Shown here: piece by piece, positions 57,611 through 64,000 of the stretch
Position numbering within the stretch: the first letter of the stretch is position 1
Layout: each line of letters opens with the position of its first letter
Source: a virus
Lineage: Duplodnaviria > Caudoviricetes
DNA length: 64,000 bases
IMG/VR virus record: IMGVR_UViG_3300021387_001157
Location: 64,001-128,000 of that record
Strand: one strand, 5' to 3'
Notes under the pieces: generated by a model
Databases searched by the model: none
Told to the model about the DNA's origin: nothing
What the model saw: the letters and a program-made list of their open reading frames with translations, nothing else
Made by a program: the position numbers and the translations under genes

Positions 57611-59320
57611 TTAGTCAAATCTTCCATCTTTTCCATAAAAATAGATAACTGTTGGGAACCTAAGTGATATACCTCCTTGCATATTGTTTGTTTCCTCAAA
57701 ATATTGAACCTTAACAATAGAACCCTTGATTTCTTCTGGATGGTCGTGTAGATATTCTCGTTCCTCTTTCGAAAATCCAGAACCAACTTTGACATTAAAT
57801 CCTTTGTGTTTGATTACAATAGCAGATAGAACCTCTTTTTCTACTTGACGACCTTCTTCTACAAATCTCATATTTCCCATCTCATAGTCAACAACTTCAT
57901 ATTCATTGTCAAAGAAACCTTTTACCTTTAACAAATTATTTGTTCTACCACACTCGTATGGAACATCCTTTCTAATCATCAATCCTTCCCATCCTTTCTC
58001 TCGTGACTTTGCAAATTGTTTCATCAAGTCATCCTTTGATTCAACCTTTGTCTGCTCAACGATATTGAAATTTTTACCAATGATACTACCATTCTCTAAG
58101 AAGAATCTTTTCAACTTTTCATATCTTTCTGTGAATTTTGGACTTATTGTACGGCCGAAGAACTCATCTTCTGTCAAAATGTCAAACACTTTCATAACCG
58201 GATGCTCAATGGTGTAGTTTTTCTTTGTGATTACTTTCATAATCTCTTGGAAATTTTCGTTTCCTTCATCGTCTATGATACACACCTCACCATCAAGAAC
58301 AAAGTCTCCATCTACTTTTCCTATGATATTTCTCAACACATCTAGTGTTTTTATCTCTTTGCCTTGTCTAGAGAAACATCTTACACCAGATTTGTTCTTT
58401 ATTAGAATGAGTCTGTTTCCGTCAAGTTTTCTGCTCCACAACCACACCTCACGTAAAAAGTCAACCTTATCCTCACGGTCAAAGTACTTGTTAGCGAGGG
58501 CGACATACTCTGTGAACGGAAGTTTTACGGGAAACACTTTCGCCATAGTTTTAACATTCACACCACACTTGAAGTCTTTGTCGAGAATCATCTTGAACAT
58601 TTTAACAGATTTTTCACCATAATCTCTATTCAACATATCGACAAATTTCTTTGTTGTTGCCAATGCAGTGTCACCGGTTAGTCTTCTTTCGGATAAATCA
58701 TCAAGAAGTGTCATAAATTCACTATATATGTTTCCGACAGTATCTTTTGAGAAATCGTCAACTTTTTCAGATGTTATTCCAAACGTGATGTCACCATCAT
58801 ATATATAGTTTAAAATCTTATTATAATAAGACATTCCGTCAATATATGCATCACTGTTTTTGAAACGTGTCAAAATATCAATTTTCGACTTTGTTGATGA
58901 TATTGATGAAAGACTCTCATGTAAATCATAAAGTGTTTCAAGAAATAAATTCACATCAACAATTTTATCATGTATTGCATTGATTGAAATTATACTATCT
59001 ATTACAGTGAGTTCCTCACCGGTTTCTTCATTTATTTCTTTGTGACAGTACCCTGTTGGGAAAAATCTGAAATAATTTGGAGATTTTTCAATCATCTGTT
59101 TAAATATAGTACCTTCAATTGGAGTTATGTCCCCAACAATTGTGTTGTCTATATTCTTATAGATTTCGTTAACCCTATATATTGAATCTATCAACCGTAT
59201 TGTTGGTTCTGGATGGTCCATCGTACCAACACAATCTCCCCTTTTAACTCTTTCGACAAATTCCGACATAACTTTATCTGGAATTTTAAAGTTTTTTCCA
59301 AGTTCTATGTTTATTTTCAT
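57611..59320 (-). CDS. ATP-dependent DNA ligase with an extra N-terminal domain
   Basis: Motif I RKLDGNR, FSRQGK, VLDGEV, VFDIL, WEGLMIRK, LLKVK, VGSGFS, SLRFP. Confidence 0.92.
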   Translation of the reverse strand: MKINIELGKNFKIPDKVMSEFVERVKRGDCVGTMDHPEPTIRLIDSIYRVNEIYKNIDNTIVGDITPIEGTIFKQMIEKSPNYFRFFPTGYCHKEINEETGEELTVIDSIISINAIHDKIVDVNLFLETLYDLHESLSSISSTKSKIDILTRFKNSDAYIDGMSYYNKILNYIYDGDITFGITSEKVDDFSKDTVGNIYSEFMTLLDDLSERRLTGDTALATTKKFVDMLNRDYGEKSVKMFKMILDKDFKCGVNVKTMAKVFPVKLPFTEYVALANKYFDREDKVDFLREVWLWSRKLDGNRLILIKNKSGVRCFSRQGKEIKTLDVLRNIIGKVDGDFVLDGEVCIIDDEGNENFQEIMKVITKKNYTIEHPVMKVFDILTEDEFFGRTISPKFTERYEKLKRFFLENGSIIGKNFNIVEQTKVESKDDLMKQFAKSREKGWEGLMIRKDVPYECGRTNNLLKVKGFFDNEYEVVDYEMGNMRFVEEGRQVEKEVLSAIVIKHKGFNVKVGSGFSKEEREYLHDHPEEIKGSIVKVQYFEETNNMQGGISLRFPTVIYFYGKDGRFD

Positions 59321-60063
59321 TTTTCGTAGTTAAAATCTGTTATGATGAATGGTGAACCATTCGTCTCATATTTTTTATAGTCATCCTCAGTAAAATAATT
59401 ACTTACTGCACAGTCAAGACAGACATACATATCACTATTCAAACCGCTCAATATGCTTTTATCAGTTATATCCATCACTTTATTGAAGTTGTAATACACT
59501 TTTACAGAATCTGGATACCAAAGCAAATCACATCTATTTTCTTTTTTAAGATTTTGATACCATTGATATGTTAAATTATTTGTACCAAAGTTACCATACC
59601 CTTTTCCGAAAACATTATCACCATCTCGTCCATAGAACACACCTGGATGGATACGATTAAATCCAAGAAACTTCTTATAATTTGGTTTATTTTTACAGAA
59701 GTATCCTTCTCCACTCCAACCTTCAACAATATCAATTTCTGGCGGCCAACCGTCCCACCCGCTTAGCCAAATTGCCGGCCACAGATGTACACCGATTGGT
59801 AGCATGTATTTAAACTCAAAGTGTCCGAATCTGAATCTTTCCAAAGTGGATATATATCCACATCCATATGGTTTTGTGTGATTTACCTCTCCGTCGAAAT
59901 ATTTTGCATCATCAACAATACTTAAAATTAAGTTATCGTTATGGTCTTTTTTTACACAATCTTCATTAGAGTACCATAACTGGTTTTTATCTGGATGGGC
60001 GACACCCCAAGGTTGTCCGTTCATCCATCCATAACCTTTCCAATCTAATATTTTTTTTGGCAT
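59317..60063 (-). CDS. Glycoside hydrolase family 16
   Basis: GHFE, LWPAIWL...WPPEIDIVE catalytic motif. Confidence 0.85.
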   Translation of the reverse strand: MPKKILDWKGYGWMNGQPWGVAHPDKNQLWYSNEDCVKKDHNDNLILSIVDDAKYFDGEVNHTKPYGCGYISTLERFRFGHFEFKYMLPIGVHLWPAIWLSGWDGWPPEIDIVEGWSGEGYFCKNKPNYKKFLGFNRIHPGVFYGRDGDNVFGKGYGNFGTNNLTYQWYQNLKKENRCDLLWYPDSVKVYYNFNKVMDITDKSILSGLNSDMYVCLDCAVSNYFTEDDYKKYETNGSPFIITDFNYEK

Positions 60064-60064
60064 A

Positions 60065-61192
60065 TTAAAACAATGATATTTTATATTTTTTATCTATAAA
60101 CATTCTCTTAAAAATAAAATAAAGTACTGATACGACGATACTGTTACCAGCAAGTTTTAGACATTGTGACCTAGGCGTTACTTCCATGATTTTGTCTATG
60201 TCTGATTCATCAACATCCATCAACCTGAAATTTTCTCTAGGTGTAAAATATCTGACTTTTATACAATGGTCTATATTGTCAAGTGTCACTTTGTCATATT
60301 TGTTTTCTATTGGTTCTATAAGAATATTATCCTTCAGTACTGTAGTTACTGTATTTGCACAACAATTCTCACCAATGTCATAATACTTGGAACCACTTCT
60401 GAATTTTGCACCAGTGTCTCCGAAATTATGCCGTCTTAACTTCTCCTCATCCGTCCTTCTCATCTTCAATACTTGTGGATACTTTATTTCCATATTGTTA
60501 AGACGACAACCGACAGGTCTGTTTTCTATGGCATATCTGAACATCTCCACCAATGTTTCTTTTTTAAAATAATCGTCTGCTGAAACGTTTTCCTCAATGA
60601 TGTCAAACACGTGCTTTTTTAGTTCAACACTAGATGGGAACTCAAACCATTCATCACCGAGAATAGACACCATAAAGACACGTTTTCTTGATTGTGGAAC
60701 ACCATAATCCATAGAGTTCAACATTTTGAAAAAATTTTGATACCCATAAGACTCAAGTATCTCACACCATTTGTTAAAATTCTTTTTGTGTTTCTTCGAC
60801 AGAATGTTGTCAACATTCTCCATCAATAGATACTTCGGTCTCTTAATCTCAACGGTTTTTCTACACTCCCATAATAAAGATGAACGAGTTCCAGTACCCT
60901 CTTCTAGTCCTTTCCCAAAACCACCTATTGAAATATCTTGACAAGGAAAACTGTATGTGAATAAGTCAAAGTCTGGAACGTCATTCCAATCTATTTTCGA
61001 AATATCCCCATAGTTTTTATCGACAGAATCTGGAAACAAGGCGTTATGGGCATTTATTGCATATCTATCTATCTCACTCCATCCAACCAAATCATAATCG
61101 AATAAATCGGGGAAGTCTCGCTTCAATCTATCCAAAGCGAGACATTGACTGTCATATCCACTAAATGCAGTAAATACCCTTATTTTATTCAT
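60065..61192 (-). CDS. DNA (cytosine-5) methyltransferase
   Basis: FSGYD, SEID, GDI, SFPCQDIS, MENV, YGVPQSRKRVF, TPRE..RLM, AGNSIVV. Confidence 0.93.
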   Translation of the reverse strand: MNKIRVFTAFSGYDSQCLALDRLKRDFPDLFDYDLVGWSEIDRYAINAHNALFPDSVDKNYGDISKIDWNDVPDFDLFTYSFPCQDISIGGFGKGLEEGTGTRSSLLWECRKTVEIKRPKYLLMENVDNILSKKHKKNFNKWCEILESYGYQNFFKMLNSMDYGVPQSRKRVFMVSILGDEWFEFPSSVELKKHVFDIIEENVSADDYFKKETLVEMFRYAIENRPVGCRLNNMEIKYPQVLKMRRTDEEKLRRHNFGDTGAKFRSGSKYYDIGENCCANTVTTVLKDNILIEPIENKYDKVTLDNIDHCIKVRYFTPRENFRLMDVDESDIDKIMEVTPRSQCLKLAGNSIVVSVLYFIFKRMFIDKKYKISLF

Positions 61193-61722
61193 TTTCTTTT
61201 ATTCAATTTTTCCAATATGATGTCAAGGATTACCTTATATCCGTCAACATTTCCATTTATAATCATATATGGAATTTCACTTTCATCAAGTGTGTTCTTA
61301 ATCTTATCGTCAATATTCTTTGCCTCGTCCTCAGTCTGGAATCTTCCATTTTGGTCATAAGGAACTGTTCTCCTGAGAAGAATGTTCATATTGTTTTTTT
61401 CATATTTGTTAAACTCTTCAAGAACAGCAGATTTGAACTTGTCTGATTCACTATATGCCATACTGATGGCGATTGGTGAGTCTGTGATAATGACATCAAC
61501 TTTTCCGAAACACCTAGATACCTTAAATGATTGTTTTCCTGTGATGTAGAATTCACATTTGAAAACTTCTCCATTATTCTCCCAAACTTTGTCTTTGGCA
61601 AATTCTGAGACATATTCACAGTCGACACCATTTAGTTTTAATTGTGAAAACAACCACGATGCACCAGTTGATTTACCACAGCCAGGACCAGCGAAAAAAT
61701 TTACAACGATTGTATCTTTCAT
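61189..61722 (-). CDS. NadR/AAA_28-like P-loop kinase
   Basis: AGPGCGKST, V.EFAK, ITDSP, GRFQ. Confidence 0.75.
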   Translation of the reverse strand: MKDTIVVNFFAGPGCGKSTGASWLFSQLKLNGVDCEYVSEFAKDKVWENNGEVFKCEFYITGKQSFKVSRCFGKVDVIITDSPIAISMAYSESDKFKSAVLEEFNKYEKNNMNILLRRTVPYDQNGRFQTEDEAKNIDDKIKNTLDESEIPYMIINGNVDGYKVILDIILEKLNKRK

Positions 61723-61725
61723 AAA

Positions 61726-62223
61726 TTATAGATTTAATTTTTTACATGCTATTTTTAATTCACTTTCAATCTCATTCACAAAATCGGAATACTTTCTTAT
61801 TTCTTCCAAGTTTTTTCTATCCGGAAGCAATCCAAGTTTAGATAACTGCCTAATCGTTTTGTTACTTTCATCAAATGAACGTAATGTGGAGATTATTCTT
61901 TCAATCTCACCATTTGCATCCAACTCGGCAGCGTGTTTTGTATAATGAGAACATTCCCAGTCGATGACCATTGCATCCCAGTCTGCATGTTTGATTCCAT
62001 GTAGAAATACATATAGAAGATGATGATGACTGTGTTTATTATGGAACATTTGCACTTTGTCATAACTCATAAACAGTCTCAACCAAGGTTTGTACCAATC
62101 ATGAAATAAATATTTGAATTTCCATTGATGACAATTGAGGGCTACCATCTGAAAAGAACACCAATGGGCAAACCAGTATGGAAACGAACTCCTATCCTCT
62201 TTTGTAAAACCGTATTTCTTCAT
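61726..62223 (-). CDS. DUF5662-like His-rich (HD-related) protein
   Basis: LFHD..K, H.KH..HH, MVIDWE. Confidence 0.55.
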   Translation of the reverse strand: MKKYGFTKEDRSSFPYWFAHWCSFQMVALNCHQWKFKYLFHDWYKPWLRLFMSYDKVQMFHNKHSHHHLLYVFLHGIKHADWDAMVIDWECSHYTKHAAELDANGEIERIISTLRSFDESNKTIRQLSKLGLLPDRKNLEEIRKYSDFVNEIESELKIACKKLNL

Positions 62224-62240
62224 AACATATTAAATATAAC

Positions 62241-62277
62241 AAAAATGGAGAAAGAAGTAAATTCTTTCTCCATTTTT
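62241..62277. terminator. Terminator downstream of the tRNA cluster
   Basis: AAAAATGGAGAAAGAA-gtaaa-TTCTTTCTCCATTTTT. Confidence 0.75.
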
Positions 62278-62293
62278 ATTTTAGTTATTTTAG

Positions 62294-62371
62294 AGCACAC
62301 GGTTGGATTCGAACCAACGATGATAAATCGGTTTTGCAGACCGACGGTTTCGACCACTCGCCCACGTGTGC
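62294..62371 (-). tRNA. tRNA-Cys (GCA)
   Basis: Acceptor GCACACG/CGTGTGC, anticodon arm TCGGT-CTGCAAA-ACCGA, T-arm GTTGG-TTCGAAT-CCAAC, U discriminator, no encoded CCA. Confidence 0.9.
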
Positions 62372-62381
62372 ATGTTTTTTG

Positions 62382-62453
62382 TTCACCCATCAGGATTCGA
62401 ACCCGAATCTACTGGTCCGTAGCCAGTCGTTCTATCCATTGAACTATGGATGA
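62382..62453 (-). tRNA. tRNA-Arg (ACG)
   Basis: Acceptor TCATCCA/TGGGTGA, anticodon arm CTGG-CTACGGA-CCAG, T-loop TTCGAAT. Confidence 0.9.
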
Positions 62454-62459
62454 ATTTTG

Positions 62460-62532
62460 TACCCTAGTTGGGACTCGAACCCAAGTTTCCACCTTGAGAG
62501 GGTGGTGTCCTAACCAATTAGACGACTAGGGT
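62460..62532 (-). tRNA. tRNA-Glu (CTC)
   Basis: Acceptor ACCCTAG/CTAGGGT, anticodon arm CCACC-CTCTCAA-GGTGG, T-loop TTCGAGT. Confidence 0.9.
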
Positions 62533-62562
62533 AAGTTTCCCACACGAATGTGGGATTATATA

Positions 62563-63243
62563 TTAGTCTTCAGGTACAATATAACCGAAAACTGGAATTG
62601 TGTCTGTCGTAGTAACAGTGTCTTCAATAATGGTGTCGTTCACATCGAGAGTGTCTACCATAATTGTGTCATTCACATCGAATCCGTCAAACACGGGGTT
62701 TGTGGCACTCACACTACCAGTCATTACATCAACATAGACTTGACACTGCTTATTACCAAAAATGTATTGTGGGTTACAGTCTTTGGGTCCGACCTCCTTA
62801 CGGATGACACAATGTCTGCTGTGTGGCTTTTGGCAGTTTGCCTTATACATCTGTGACAATGCCTTTTCAAGATTAACCTCGAATGGTGAGAATGTGTCCA
62901 TTCTGTTATCACCTACCCATATGCCATACCTTTCTTCGGTGACCATAGTGTCTCTTGTGTGTGCAATAAGAACAACTTTTTCTACGAAATTTGCACTATC
63001 GACAGCGGTAACAATCTTGTAGATGTTAGCCACACTGGCGACTTCGTGTCCGTTGTCTTCGTCAAGAAAATCGACGAAATCAATGCAGCACTCGAGCCAC
63101 TGATAGTCATCATTTGCATAGTTTTCAGCCATATACTTGGCATCTTCCTGGTTGATTTTTTCAACCCACCCGTCCTTGTTACATGATGTTACAAACATTG
63201 TAGCAAGGAGCATAATCACACTTAAAAAAATGTTTTTCTTCAT
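62563..63243 (-). CDS. Lipoprotein, Bacteroidales type
   Basis: Lipobox-like FVTSC; KP.SRHC..R..VGP...NPQYIFGN; repeated DVNDTI tail. Confidence 0.7.
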   Translation of the reverse strand: MKKNIFLSVIMLLATMFVTSCNKDGWVEKINQEDAKYMAENYANDDYQWLECCIDFVDFLDEDNGHEVASVANIYKIVTAVDSANFVEKVVLIAHTRDTMVTEERYGIWVGDNRMDTFSPFEVNLEKALSQMYKANCQKPHSRHCVIRKEVGPKDCNPQYIFGNKQCQVYVDVMTGSVSATNPVFDGFDVNDTIMVDTLDVNDTIIEDTVTTTDTIPVFGYIVPED

Positions 63244-63276
63244 AGATTTTTTTTGTTAATTTGTTTATGTTATTTA

Positions 63277-63723
63277 TTATATTACTTTGTATCCTTGTTC
63301 TTCTAAAAAACGTATAGCATCTCTCTTTTGCTTTTCAATCATTTGTCTCTTTTGTTTTTCACTTTCCTCTATATGTTTATCGATTAACTTTTTTTGATGC
63401 TCAATTCTTTTTTTACGTTCTTCTTGTGATTCTTTTATTTCTTCTTCTGTTTCAATGTATATTGATGGTACCGTATCTTCATCATCACATAAATCACAAT
63501 TATAATATCCCTCAAATACATTTATGATGAATCTTATATTATTTCTTTCTTTGAATTTATCTCTAGCCTTGACTAGTTTATCGACAAATGCAGAAAAATC
63601 TTTATTTGTCATACGTATTTTGTTTGTTTCACCCAAACAATTGGCGTCACCGAAAACTTCACAAACTTTTTCTTTTTTATATGTAGATACGTTATCTTCT
63701 ATTTTAACACCTTTATATTTCAT
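63277..63723 (-). CDS. Hypothetical protein, distant paralog of 7417-7866 and 8499-8954
   Basis: MKYKGV.IED...ES.EE.KKRIE..K..ID...AI..LE..GY.V. Confidence 0.7.
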   Translation of the reverse strand: MKYKGVKIEDNVSTYKKEKVCEVFGDANCLGETNKIRMTNKDFSAFVDKLVKARDKFKERNNIRFIINVFEGYYNCDLCDDEDTVPSIYIETEEEIKESQEERKKRIEHQKKLIDKHIEESEKQKRQMIEKQKRDAIRFLEEQGYKVI

Positions 63724-63769
63724 TTTTAAAAGATACTATTATTTATTCATATTTTTAAAAAAATCACAA

Positions 63770-63979
63770 TTATTTTTTTAAATCAGAAAATGTTATCTTA
63801 TTATTCTTTTTAGAATTTATTATCTTCCAAAACTGATTGAATGATATAGAAAAGTCTTCGTAAAAGATAACAAGGTCATCCGATGTAAATTTTGTTCCAA
63901 TTTTTTCTTTTGAATTTTCACCGTCTGGAAATGTTCCAAAATCAAAATGGTCAAAAATATGTCCTATTTCTTTTATCAT
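63770..63979 (-). CDS. Hypothetical protein (start may lie outside the window)
   Basis: 69-aa ORF at the right edge. Confidence 0.45.
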   Translation of the reverse strand: MIKEIGHIFDHFDFGTFPDGENSKEKIGTKFTSDDLVIFYEDFSISFNQFWKIINSKKNNKITFSDLKK

Positions 63980-64000
63980 CTTTTTTTTAGATATAATTCT

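Noticed and set aside
530-63781. Plus-strand ORFs in the six-frame track (e.g. 7939-8877, 56735-57421)
   Set aside because: They are antisense shadows of well-supported minus-strand genes and show no recognisable motifs
1-64000. Stop-codon reassignment as in Lak-type phages
   Set aside because: Known genes (metK, ligase, Rnl2, tdk) are full length in the standard code, TAG, TGA and TAA all end genes at sensible places, and there is no suppressor tRNA here
1-64000. Bacterial chromosome or ICE origin
   Set aside because: Single-strand gene-dense layout, many small orphans, Rnl2, T4-like ligase/NUDIX and isolated metabolic genes favour a large phage; hallmark virion genes are not in the window, so this remains an inference

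Overview
AT-rich (~33% GC by eye), gene-dense segment with essentially all real genes on the minus strand, read in the standard genetic code. It looks like the accessory/metabolic arm of a large (jumbo-type) phage of a Bacteroidales host: Bacteroidetes-type TTTG-N19-TAnnTTTG promoters, a Bacteroidetes-sized sigma-70, many small phage-type ORFs and three tRNAs, with no capsid, terminase or polymerase in the window. Recognisable genes: an ABC importer whose binding protein is fused to an OmpA domain, a PspA-like coiled-coil membrane protein, two outer-membrane beta-barrels, TerC, a TonB-C protein, metK, tdk, guaC, a divergent PurA-like ligase next to a vWA protein, NUDIX, Rnl2 RNA ligase, Thg1, ATP-dependent DNA ligase, three DNA methyltransferases, a 1795-aa Ig/Fn3/LRR/GH2 protein, a BspA LRR protein and a GH16. 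Signals the gene list does not explain: (1) the palindrome TTTCGAAA iterated at least 41 times while GATC seems absent; (2) three classes of repeated upstream motifs suggesting a host-sigma to phage-sigma cascade; (3) a split envelope/import module; (4) a vWA + PurA-like module with a rewired amine-binding loop; (5) deletion scars and unusual domain fusions. All family calls are from motif recognition by eye; no searches were run.
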